From: Acidimicrobiales bacterium
GTDB taxonomy: Bacteria > Actinomycetota > Acidimicrobiia > Acidimicrobiales > RAAP-2
Reading direction: 5' to 3'
Assembly (NCBI GenBank): GCA_035532415.1
Contig: DATKRB010000056.1
Coordinates: 11,435-75,434, forward strand
Length of the DNA: 64,000 nt
Under the pieces are notes generated by a model, which saw only the letters and a list, made by a program, of their open reading frames with translations, did no database searches and was not told where the DNA came from. A program made the translations under genes and the position numbers. Below, one piece after another: positions 19,151-27,330 of the stretch; within the stretch, counting starts at the first letter, position 1; the number at the start of each line of letters is the position of its first letter.

Positions 19151-20328
19151 CCCGTCCGCTCCCGTCGGACCCTGCCCCGGCGGACCCGCCCGCGGCGGAC
19201 CCCCTCGCTGTGCCTGGCCCGCCCGGTCCCCGCACGCTGACCGCGCTGGCGGCCGAGCGGGCGGTCGTCATCTGCTGCGGACCCGGAGGAGTGGGCAAGA
19301 CGACCGTGTCGGCATCGGTCGCCCTCCAGGGCGCCCGCCTGGGCCGCCGTACCTGCGTGGTCACGGTCGACCCCGCCCGCCGACTGGCCGACTCGCTGGG
19401 GCTCGAGTCCCTCGCCAACGTCCCCACCGAGGTTCCGGGCGAGTGGCCCGGACACCTCGATGCAGTGATGCTCGACACGAAGGGCACGTTCGACGACCTG
19501 ATCCGCCGATACGCCCGGAGCCCCGAGCAGGCCGAAGCCATCGCGGCCAACCGCCTCTACCAGAACCTCTCGGGCGCCCTGTCCGGTACGCAGGAGTACA
19601 TGGCGATGGAGAAGCTCTACGAGCTGACCGGGTCGGGCCACTACGACCTGGTCGTCGTCGACACCCCTCCGAGCCGGAACGCGCTCGATCTGCTCGACGC
19701 CCCCCGCCGGCTGACCCATTTCCTCGAGAACCGGCTGTTCCGGGCCCTGCTCCTTCCCACCCGCGCCTACCTGCGTGCGGTCAGCGTGGCCACACGGACG
19801 CTCCTCAGGACGATCTCGACCGTCGCGGGAGCCGAGATCGTCCACGACGCCGTGGCGTTCTTTCAGGCCTTTCAGGGGATGGAGGAGGGTTTCCGCACCA
19901 GGGCCGGGACCGTGCGCACCCTCCTGGCCGACCCGGCGACGGCGTACGTGGTGGTGACCTCGGGCCGCCCCGACGCCGTCGCCGAGGCGACGTTCTTCGC
20001 CGAGCGCCTGAGGGACCGGGGCGTCACGCCTGCAGCGCTCGTGGTCAACCGCGTCCAACCGCGCTTCGACGCCCTTTCCGACGACCTGCCCGACGCTCCC
20101 GAGGGAAGCGAGCTGCGGGCAATGGTGGACAACCTCCGAGAGCTGCGGGCGGTAGCCGCCGGCGAGGAGGAGACCTACGCCGGGCTCGTGAAGATGGTGG
20201 ATCCGGCTCCGGTCGGACGAGTCCCGCTCCTGTCCTCGGACGTCCACGACGTGCAGGGGGTGGCCGAGGTGGCAGACCATCTCTTCGGCCCGGCGCCCAC
20301 CTCGCCGGGCGAGGGCGACGTCGGATAA
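19147..20328 (+). CDS. ArsA-family ATPase 2
   Basis: VVICCGPGGVGKTTVSASVA, VVTVDPARRLADSLG, DLVVVDTPPSRNALDLL. ATGA overlap with the upstream gene. Confidence 0.85.
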   Translation: MTRPLPSDPAPADPPAADPLAVPGPPGPRTLTALAAERAVVICCGPGGVGKTTVSASVALQGARLGRRTCVVTVDPARRLADSLGLESLANVPTEVPGEWPGHLDAVMLDTKGTFDDLIRRYARSPEQAEAIAANRLYQNLSGALSGTQEYMAMEKLYELTGSGHYDLVVVDTPPSRNALDLLDAPRRLTHFLENRLFRALLLPTRAYLRAVSVATRTLLRTISTVAGAEIVHDAVAFFQAFQGMEEGFRTRAGTVRTLLADPATAYVVVTSGRPDAVAEATFFAERLRDRGVTPAALVVNRVQPRFDALSDDLPDAPEGSELRAMVDNLRELRAVAAGEEETYAGLVKMVDPAPVGRVPLLSSDVHDVQGVAEVADHLFGPAPTSPGEGDVG

Positions 20329-20337
20329 CCTCATCGG

Positions 20338-20793
20338 GTGCGCAGCATCGTGGTGGCCAGCGACGCGCCGAGCCTGCGTCGGGAGATCGTGTCCGTGGTG
20401 GAGGGGCCCGGCAACACGACCTACGAGGCCTCCTCGGGTCCCGAGGTCATCGCCCTCGTCCGCGAGGACGAGCCCGATCTCGTCGTCGTGGACATGCAGA
20501 TGGGGAACATGGGCGGGATGGCCGTCTGCCTCGAGCTGCGGCTCGAGGAGAGCTACCGGGACGTCGACCACGTCCCGGTGCTCATGCTCCTCGACCGGCG
20601 CCCCGACGTGTTCCTCGCCCGCCGTTCGGGGGCCGAGGGATGGCTCGTCAAACCGCTCGATCCCATCCGGCTCCGCCGGGCCGTCGCATCGTTGTTGGAG
20701 GGCGGGTCCTACGAGGACGACTCCTACCAGCCGGTGCCAGTCCTGGTGGGCGGCGAGCTCGGGCTGACCGGCCCGAGCCCCGCCGACCCCTGA
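20338..20793 (+). CDS. single-domain response regulator (CheY-like receiver)
   Basis: PDLVVVDMQMGNMGGMAV (phospho-acceptor Asp context) and GWLVKPL (conserved Lys). GTG start. Confidence 0.85.
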   Translation: MRSIVVASDAPSLRREIVSVVEGPGNTTYEASSGPEVIALVREDEPDLVVVDMQMGNMGGMAVCLELRLEESYRDVDHVPVLMLLDRRPDVFLARRSGAEGWLVKPLDPIRLRRAVASLLEGGSYEDDSYQPVPVLVGGELGLTGPSPADP

Positions 20794-20803
20794 GCCGGGC
20801 AGT

Positions 20804-21754
20804 ATGCGCCGGCGACGTCAGCACCGTCCTCCACCAGGGGCCCGGCACCCGCGGTTCTGGCGCAAGGACGACGGATCGGCGGGGCCCGGACAGGGCGCAC
20901 CGGAGAACGACGGCTCCACCGGCGAGCAGGAGCGGCTGATCCTGGAGGCGTTGGCCGACCTGCGGGACATGGACGTCCGCGAGGTCATGACCCCGAGGGT
21001 CGACGTGGTCCCGCTGATCATCCCCGTTCATGCCGACGACGTCGCTCGAGCGGTGCGCGAATCGGGTCACAGCTGCTTTCCCGTGGTCAACGACGACCTC
21101 GACGACCTGGTGGGCGTCCTTTTCGTGAACGACCTCTTCCGGACCGGTCGACCGAGCGGACCCGAGAGCGCCTCCGAGCCGACCCCGCTCGACATCTCCA
21201 GACGTGTCCGCCCGGCCTATGTGGTGCCCGAGTCGCTCGGGATCCTCGAGGCTCTCGCTGGTATGCGACGCCAACGTCGGGCCTTCGCCGTGGTGGTGGA
21301 CGAGTACGGCGGCGTGGCCGGGGTCCTGACCGTGAAGGACCTCATCGAGCCGCTCGTGGGCGACCTGCGCGACGAGTTCGACGAGGAGGAGGAGGCGACC
21401 ATCGTCCGGGTCGACCGCAGCCGGTGGCTGCTCGACGGGCGGGCGAGCGTCGACGAGGTCCGCGAGCGGCTCGGGGTCGAGCTCCCCGACGGCGAGTACC
21501 TCACGCTCGGCGGGCTCCTGTTCGACGGCTTCGGCCACATCCCCGAGGAGGGCGAGACCCTGCCGGTCGGCGAGTGGGAGCTGAAGGTGGTGGAGATGGA
21601 CAAGCGTCGCGTGGCCAAGGTGGTGGCCCGGCACGACCCCGAGCCGGGACCGGACGGCACGAACGGGGCCGTCACCTCGGGAGCCGAGAGCCGATCGGAG
21701 CCGGCCGTCGAGCCGGGGACCGGCGGGACGGGGACCGGCGGGGACTCGGGCTAG
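20804..21754 (+). CDS. CBS-pair + CorC/HlyC transporter-associated domain protein (no DUF21 membrane domain)
   Basis: MDVREVMTPRVDVV, CFPVVNDDLDDLVGVLFVNDL, FAVVVDEYGGVAGVLTVKDLIEPLVGDL, and a C-terminal CorC_HlyC-like region GGLLFDGFGHIPEEGE. Confidence 0.85.
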   Translation: MRRRRQHRPPPGARHPRFWRKDDGSAGPGQGAPENDGSTGEQERLILEALADLRDMDVREVMTPRVDVVPLIIPVHADDVARAVRESGHSCFPVVNDDLDDLVGVLFVNDLFRTGRPSGPESASEPTPLDISRRVRPAYVVPESLGILEALAGMRRQRRAFAVVVDEYGGVAGVLTVKDLIEPLVGDLRDEFDEEEEATIVRVDRSRWLLDGRASVDEVRERLGVELPDGEYLTLGGLLFDGFGHIPEEGETLPVGEWELKVVEMDKRRVAKVVARHDPEPGPDGTNGAVTSGAESRSEPAVEPGTGGTGTGGDSG

Positions 21755-21788
21755 GCTGGCGATCCGGCCGGCCGCTGGCTGTCGGTTA

Positions 21789-21866
21789 CGGGCTGTGGCG
21801 CAGTTTGGTTAGCGCGCTGCGTTCGGGACGCAGAGGTCCCCGGTTCAAATCCGGGCAGCCCGACCA
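21789..21866 (+). tRNA. tRNA-Pro (anticodon CGG), CCA encoded
   Basis: Folded by hand. Acceptor CGGGCTG/CAGCCCG, D arm GCGC-AGTTTGGTTA-GCGC, anticodon arm CTGCG-TTCGGGA-CGCAG, T arm CCCGG-TTCAAAT-CCGGG, then ACCA. Confidence 0.9.
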
Positions 21867-21880
21867 CGAAAGTACAGGTC

Positions 21881-21910
21881 AGCCGGGGTGCGAGCCCCGG
21901 CTCTCTTGTT
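21881..21910 (+). terminator. stem-loop AGCCGGGG-TGCGAG-CCCCGGCT followed by CTCTTGTT
   Basis: 8-bp perfect stem 15 nt after tRNA-Pro, with a weak U-tract. Confidence 0.5.
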
Positions 21911-22007
21911 CCCGGGAGACGTTTGGCGCGTATTTGGCGCGAAGCGGACGGCGGGGCAACCTCGTCTCAACCACAGCGGCAGCCGCAGGGCCCTCCGACT
22001 ACGAGGG

Positions 22008-22592
22008 TCAGCGAGCCCGCTTCCGCAGCGCCCGTTTCAGCACGACGCCGTACTCGTCGAGCCCCTCGCGGTACAGCCGAGCCTCGGGCCCGGCGGCGAT
22101 CCCGACGCGCTCGGGGACGACCCCCCAGATCGGGATCTGCTGGCCCGTCCACCAGTCGATGGTCTCGGCCAGATCGTTCGTCCCGATGCGGGCACCGCAG
22201 ATGACGATGCCCACCGGCGTGCCATCGTCGACCATCTCGAGCGTGGCAGCCACCCGGGTGAACTCCACACCTCCGGCCCGGGTCGGGATCACGACCGCGT
22301 CGGCCTTCCCGAGGGCCGCCCGCACGATCCGCTCGTCTCCCGGGGGGGTGTCCACCACGACCATGCCGGCCCGGCGGTTCATGGCCTTGGTCACCGTCCG
22401 CTCCGAGGGAGCCTCTACGAGCTCGACTCCCTCGACCGCTCTCTGCTCGAACCATTCGGCGGACGACGCCTGTCGATCGGCGTCGACCAGCACGACTGGG
22501 TCGTGCCCCCGCTCGACGGCAACAGCCGCGAGGTAGACGGACGTGGTGGTCTTGCCCACCCCACCCTTCACGTTGCTGACGACGATGTTCAT
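22008..22592 (-). CDS. parA: small ParA/MinD-family ATPase (orphan, no parB seen)
   Basis: MNIVVSNVKGGVGKTTTSVYLA (deviant Walker A KGGxGK[ST]) and VVVDTPPG. Confidence 0.85.
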   Translation of the reverse strand: MNIVVSNVKGGVGKTTTSVYLAAVAVERGHDPVVLVDADRQASSAEWFEQRAVEGVELVEAPSERTVTKAMNRRAGMVVVDTPPGDERIVRAALGKADAVVIPTRAGGVEFTRVAATLEMVDDGTPVGIVICGARIGTNDLAETIDWWTGQQIPIWGVVPERVGIAAGPEARLYREGLDEYGVVLKRALRKRAR

Positions 22593-22784
22593 ACGTGGCT
22601 CATTCGATCGATGATCTGGGCAGAGGCCACGATGAAGGACCGCCGACCGACCCCGCCGATCCTAGCGAAGGATCGGCCGGTCCTGCCGGGTCCCCAGCCG
22701 GGCCGGGCGGGCCAACCCTGGACGTGCCGGCAACTGCGGCCCGCACCGGACACCGCTGACGGGCGAGGGCTGTTCATGACCACT

Positions 22785-23225
22785 TCAGTCAGCTTTCCTC
22801 GGTGCGGGGCCGGCCCGGATCGCCGTCTCACGGAGGAAGGCCCCCGGATCCTCGAGGCTCACGTACAGGGTCCGCAGCCGGACCGGCCAGAACCCCGCCA
22901 CCCAGGCCTGCTGGGGCGAGCCGAGGTCCACCTCCACGATGCCCCTCGAGGAGCCGTTCACCAGCCACCGATTCCGCCAGCCGTGGGCACCCCACCCCCC
23001 GACCATGTCCGCGTGATGGTGGACGCCGATCACCGTGGAGCTCGGGATCTCGGCCCGGAACAGCCATCCGAGCCGGACGGTCAGGGATCCCGCGCCGATC
23101 TGCACGTAGTCATGGCGCCGGCCGGCGCCGAACAACACGAAGAGCCCGCGGAACTGCGGGTCCACCCGGATGGCGAAGCGCCGGGTGGCCGGCGAGCCTT
23201 GCGGGGCCTGATCGGGGTCGGTCAT
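22785..23225 (-). CDS. hypothetical protein (146 aa)
   Basis: Protein-like composition (FAIRVDPQFRGLFVLFGAGRRHDYVQIGAGSLTVRLGW...). No motif I can name. Confidence 0.5.
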   Translation of the reverse strand: MTDPDQAPQGSPATRRFAIRVDPQFRGLFVLFGAGRRHDYVQIGAGSLTVRLGWLFRAEIPSSTVIGVHHHADMVGGWGAHGWRNRWLVNGSSRGIVEVDLGSPQQAWVAGFWPVRLRTLYVSLEDPGAFLRETAIRAGPAPRKAD

Positions 23226-23316
23226 GGGTGCAGGCTACGGCCCGTGTCCCTCGGCCCGTGTCCCTCGGGCAGGCACGCCCGGCGCACGGGGGAACCGGGT
23301 CGGTGGCCGTCCCGGC

Positions 23317-24090
23317 TCACAGCGTGCGGAACGCACCCCCGTCCACCAGGATCTGCGCGCCGTTGATATAGCCGGCGGCATCGCTGGCGAGTAGGACACA
23401 GATGCCGACCATGTCCCCGGGCTCGCCGATACGACCGAGCGGGTTCATCTCCGCGGCCTGGTCGACGGTGCCCGGTGCCCACGCCTTGGTGATGTCGGTG
23501 TTGAAGGCGCCCGGCATGACCACGTTGGCCCGGACCTTCGGGCTGTAGGCCCCGGCCAGGCCGAGCGCCAGGGCGTTGAGCCCCGCCTTGGCCATCGCGT
23601 AGGGAAGGTCGTGCGCGCCGGGCCGGAGCGACCCGGCCGTGCTGACGTTGATGATGGACCCGCCCTCGCCGGCGTACATGCGGGCACCGAGGAGCGTGGC
23701 CAGGCGGAAGGGCCCCTTGGCGTTGACCGCGTGGGTCTTGTCGTAAAGATCCTCGGTGACCGAGGTCAGGTCCGGGTAGAGCGGCGACATCCCGGCGTTG
23801 TTCACGAGCACGTCGCAGCGGCCGAAGTGGGAATAGACGGCGTCGACCAACCGGTCGGAGTCGTCCCAGCGACCGGCGTGAAAAGCGACCGGCAACGCTT
23901 CCCTACCGGTCGATCTCGCGATCTCCGAGGCGGCCGCCTCGCACGCATCGGCCTTGCGGCTGGCGATCACGACGGCCGCCCCCGCGCGAGCCATTCCCTC
24001 GGCCACCGCCCGGCCGATCCCCCGGCTCCCGCCGGTGACCACCGCCACCTTCCCCGCCAGGATGCCCTCCGCGGCTCCGCTCCCGGTCAC
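23317..24090 (-). CDS. SDR-family oxidoreductase
   Basis: VAVVTGGSRGIG, VLVNNAG, YAMAKAG (YxxxK). GTG at 24090 overlaps the upstream TGA (GTGA). Confidence 0.9.
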   Translation of the reverse strand: MTGSGAAEGILAGKVAVVTGGSRGIGRAVAEGMARAGAAVVIASRKADACEAAASEIARSTGREALPVAFHAGRWDDSDRLVDAVYSHFGRCDVLVNNAGMSPLYPDLTSVTEDLYDKTHAVNAKGPFRLATLLGARMYAGEGGSIINVSTAGSLRPGAHDLPYAMAKAGLNALALGLAGAYSPKVRANVVMPGAFNTDITKAWAPGTVDQAAEMNPLGRIGEPGDMVGICVLLASDAAGYINGAQILVDGGAFRTL

Positions 24091-25157
24091 CGGGCCGCGC
24101 CGCCGACCGGTGCGTAGTCGCTCGACTCGGCCAGCTCGGCAGCCCGCTTCATCAGGTCGAGCACGACGTCCCCGAAACCGAGCAACTTCTCGTTGTCGCC
24201 ATCCCCCTGAATGGCGCGGGTGTAGCCCTGCTCGAGCACGATCCCGAGCTTCCAGCGGGCGAGCACCACGTAATAGTCGATGTCGTCGACCTGTCGCCCC
24301 GACTCGCGCGAGTAGTAGTCGAGCAGCTCGGAGCGCCCGGGCATGCCGGTGATGTCGACGTAGCCGCGGCCGGCCGCCTCGCTCGTGTCCTCCGGCCAGT
24401 CCTGCACCACCCAGGCGAGGTCGAGCTTGGGGTCGCCCACGGTGCCCATCTCCCAGTCGACGATCGCCTCGAGCCGGGCGGGGGCCCCGTGGCGGAACAT
24501 CACGTTGGCGAATTGGTAGTCGCCGTGCATCAATCCGGGGATGAAATCGAGAGGCCGGTGCCGGCGCAACCACTCCGTCGCCTCGTCGAGACCGGGGAGC
24601 TCCCGGGTCCTGACCCGGTCGAGGAACCGCAGCCAGCGCTCCACCTGGCGATCGTGAAACCCGTCGGGGCGGCCGAGGTCGGAGAGCCCCTTGGCCCGCC
24701 AATCCACCTTGGAGAGCTTCGCGATGCCGTCGACCAGCTCGAACGCCAGCCCGCGGCGAGCCGCCAGATCCGTCAGGAACGGCTCGGGCCACTCCTTCAT
24801 ACCCATCGGCGACCAACCGTCGACGAACCCCATGAGGTAGAAGGTGCAGCCGAGCACACCGGGATCGTCGCAGACCGCCACCGCCTTGGTGTGGGGGACG
24901 TCGGTGCCGTCGAGCGCCTCGATGATCCGCCACTCGCGCAGGATCCCCTCGTTGCGTCCGGGCGGGGGGTTCTGAGGCGGGCGGCGAAGGGCGCAGTGCA
25001 GGTCACCCCGGCGGATCTCGAAGATCTCGTTCTGGCTCCCGCCCGTCACGTACGTGAACTCGACCGGCTCACCGGCCCCGGGCAGCCCCTTGCTGTCCAT
25101 CCATCTACCGAGCCGCTCGGCATCCATGAGCGCGCTCGGCGTGGGATCTGTCGTCAT
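24087..25157 (-). CDS. phosphotransferase (APH/choline-kinase-like) family protein, ACAD-associated type
   Basis: LMHGDYQFANVMF (HGDxxxxN) and IVDWEMGTVGDPKLDL (DWE). ATG at 25157 preceded by GGGAGGGAG. Confidence 0.85.
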   Translation of the reverse strand: MTTDPTPSALMDAERLGRWMDSKGLPGAGEPVEFTYVTGGSQNEIFEIRRGDLHCALRRPPQNPPPGRNEGILREWRIIEALDGTDVPHTKAVAVCDDPGVLGCTFYLMGFVDGWSPMGMKEWPEPFLTDLAARRGLAFELVDGIAKLSKVDWRAKGLSDLGRPDGFHDRQVERWLRFLDRVRTRELPGLDEATEWLRRHRPLDFIPGLMHGDYQFANVMFRHGAPARLEAIVDWEMGTVGDPKLDLAWVVQDWPEDTSEAAGRGYVDITGMPGRSELLDYYSRESGRQVDDIDYYVVLARWKLGIVLEQGYTRAIQGDGDNEKLLGFGDVVLDLMKRAAELAESSDYAPVGGAAR

Positions 25158-25188
25158 CGATGCTCCCTCCCCGTGGGGACGTCGTCGG

Positions 25189-26493
25189 TCAGAGATTGGC
25201 CACTTCGTGCTCGAGGTAGGCGGCGAACTTCTCGGAGGCCGCCTCGATCTTGGCCGGGATCCACTCGCTCGGCCACAGGCCTTCGGCCGGCTTATAGCGT
25301 CGAAGCAGCTGGCGGGCAACCGTGACCCGGTGCACCTCGGTCGGCCCGTCCACCAGGCCCATCACGGCCGACGAGTGCCACATCCGCGCCAGCGGTAGCT
25401 CGTTGGTCGCGCCGAGCGCTCCGTGAACCTGCAACGAACGCTGGACCACGTTGTGCAGCACCTGGGGGGTGAGCACCTTCACCGCCGCGATGTCGTGCCG
25501 GACCTTCTGGTAGTCGCGCATGCGGTCGATCCGCCAGGCGACGTACAGGACGAAGAGCCGGAACTGCATGATCTCCGCGTAGGAGTCGGCGATGTAGTTC
25601 TGCACCGTCTGCTTGTCGGCCAGCAGGCTTCCTGCCGTGTGCCGGCTCAGGGCCCGCTCGCAGAGCATGTCGAGCGCCTTCTGGCTCTGGCCCACGGTGC
25701 GCATGGCGTGATGGATCCGACCGCCCCCGAGCCGGGTCTGGGCGATGGCGAATGCCTGCCCCTCTCCCCCGAGCATGCTGTCCGCGGGGACCCGGACGTT
25801 CTCGTAGTGGATCAGGGCATGCCCGCCATCGTTGATCGGCTCGCCGACCAGCCCGACATTGCGGACGATGTTGACCCCGGGCGTGTCCGTGGGCACCAGG
25901 AACATCGACGCGCCCCGGTAGATCTCCACTTCGGGTTCGGTGACCACCATGACGATCAGGAACGTGGCCCACCTGGCATTGGAAGAGAAGAACTTCCATC
26001 CGTTGATGACCCACTCGTCACCGTCGCGCACGGCCCGGGTGGTGAAGACCCTGGGGTCCGCCCCGCCCTGGGGCTCGGTCATCGAGTAGCTCGAGATGAT
26101 CTTTCCGTCGAGGAGGGGCTGGAGGTACTTGGTCTTCTGCTCCTCGGTGCCGTAGTGGGCGATGATCTCCGCGTTCCCCGTGTCGGGCGCCTGGGTACCG
26201 AAGATCGTGGGACCCCACGACGAGCGCCCGAGGATCTCGTTCATGAGGGCCAGCTTCAGCTGCCCGTACCCCTGGCCCCCGAGGTCCGGACCGAGATGGC
26301 ACGCCCAGAGCTCCTGCTCCTGCACCCTCTTCTTCAACGGCTCGATGATCTTGGCCACCGCGGGGTTCATCGGCCGGTCGTAGACCTCGTCACCCCACAG
26401 CGCGTCGATGGGCTCTATCTCGTCCCGCACGAACGCGTCCATCCAATCGAGCTTCTCCTGAAACTCGGGTTCGGTCTCGAAATCCCATCCCAT
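25189..26493 (-). CDS. acyl-CoA dehydrogenase family protein
   Basis: SYSMTEPQGGADP, INGWKFFSSNA and a C-terminal helical domain. ATG at 26493. The longer ORF to 27048 is antisense to the TetR gene. Confidence 0.9.
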   Translation of the reverse strand: MGWDFETEPEFQEKLDWMDAFVRDEIEPIDALWGDEVYDRPMNPAVAKIIEPLKKRVQEQELWACHLGPDLGGQGYGQLKLALMNEILGRSSWGPTIFGTQAPDTGNAEIIAHYGTEEQKTKYLQPLLDGKIISSYSMTEPQGGADPRVFTTRAVRDGDEWVINGWKFFSSNARWATFLIVMVVTEPEVEIYRGASMFLVPTDTPGVNIVRNVGLVGEPINDGGHALIHYENVRVPADSMLGGEGQAFAIAQTRLGGGRIHHAMRTVGQSQKALDMLCERALSRHTAGSLLADKQTVQNYIADSYAEIMQFRLFVLYVAWRIDRMRDYQKVRHDIAAVKVLTPQVLHNVVQRSLQVHGALGATNELPLARMWHSSAVMGLVDGPTEVHRVTVARQLLRRYKPAEGLWPSEWIPAKIEAASEKFAAYLEHEVANL

Positions 26494-26523
26494 TGGAGAC
26501 CCCCTTCTCGGTGTTCCGTACCC

Positions 26524-26552
26524 GTTCGATATCTGTTCGATATCTGTTCGAT
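26524..26552. repeat. 11-bp tandem repeat GTTCGATATCT x2.6
   Basis: Exact copies at 26524-26534 and 26535-26545, plus a partial copy. Located in the ACAD/TetR divergent region. Each unit contains the GATATC palindrome. Confidence 0.9.
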
Positions 26553-26631
26553 GGCCCGCTGCGGCGTCGAGACGTCGATCCCGGTTGGTCGCCCGACGGC
26601 GGTCGGCTGCCGGAGATGGCGGTCGGCGTGC

Positions 26632-26652
26632 TGTCAGAATAGAATTCTGACA
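26632..26652. promoter_or_regulatory. perfect palindrome TGTCAGAAT-AGA-ATTCTGACA (candidate TetR operator) overlapping a TAGAAT -10-like hexamer
   Basis: 9-bp perfect arms abutting the TetR ATG (26653). TAGAAT at 26640-26645 lies 7 nt before the ATG, which is consistent with a leaderless transcript. AT-rich island in a 70% GC context. Confidence 0.55.
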
Positions 26653-27315
26653 ATGGAGAACGCAAGTTCGGACGGAGTCCCCCCGGTGCCCACCCGGCTC
26701 ACCCTGACCGACCTGGCCGTGCGGCGATCGCTCGCCGATCGGGAGGAGGCGAGCGCCGACGAGGTGCGCAGGCTGCTCGACGCCGGGTTGGAGGTGATGC
26801 GGCGGTGCGGGACGACCACGACCCCCAAGGTCGCGGAGATCGTTCGGGAGGCGGGCTCGTCGAACCAGGCCTTCTACCGCTATTTCGCGACGAAGCACGA
26901 CCTGGTGGCGGCCATCGTGGAAGCCGGGCGGCAGCGCCTGGCCGGCTACCTGCAGCACCAGATGGAGAAGGGGAAGGGCCCCGAGGCCAAGGTCCGGCGG
27001 TGGGTGGACGGCGTGCTCGCACAAGCGGGCGACCGCGAGGTGGCGCACGCCACTCGCTCCGTCCTGTGGAACGCCGACCAGCTCGGCGATCGCCTACGAG
27101 GCAAGCTGACCCCCGATCACGAGATCCTCGCCGCCCAGCTTCGCGAGCCGCTCTCCCAACTCGGCAGCCCCGATCCCGACCGGGACGCCGCCCTGATGTG
27201 CCACGCCGTCATGGGGCGCATGCAGGAGCTCCTCTGGCGTCATTCGCAACCGACGAACGCCGACGCCGTCCAGATCATGCGGTTCTGTCTGAGCGCCGTC
27301 CGCCGCCCGGCGTAA
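26653..27315 (+). CDS. TetR/AcrR-family transcriptional regulator
   Basis: TTPKVAEIVREAGSSNQAFYRYFATKHDLVAAI (TetR HTH). Divergent from the ACAD-kinase-SDR operon. Confidence 0.85.
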   Translation: MENASSDGVPPVPTRLTLTDLAVRRSLADREEASADEVRRLLDAGLEVMRRCGTTTTPKVAEIVREAGSSNQAFYRYFATKHDLVAAIVEAGRQRLAGYLQHQMEKGKGPEAKVRRWVDGVLAQAGDREVAHATRSVLWNADQLGDRLRGKLTPDHEILAAQLREPLSQLGSPDPDRDAALMCHAVMGRMQELLWRHSQPTNADAVQIMRFCLSAVRRPA

Positions 27316-27330
27316 TGGCGCCGCCGGCGC

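Noticed and set aside
22589-22831. 80-aa ORF whose TGA overlaps the ParA ATG
   Set aside because: R/G/S/P-rich with no hydrophobic core. Its 5' end overlaps the 3' end of the 146-aa ORF. The ATGA overlap is probably coincidental.
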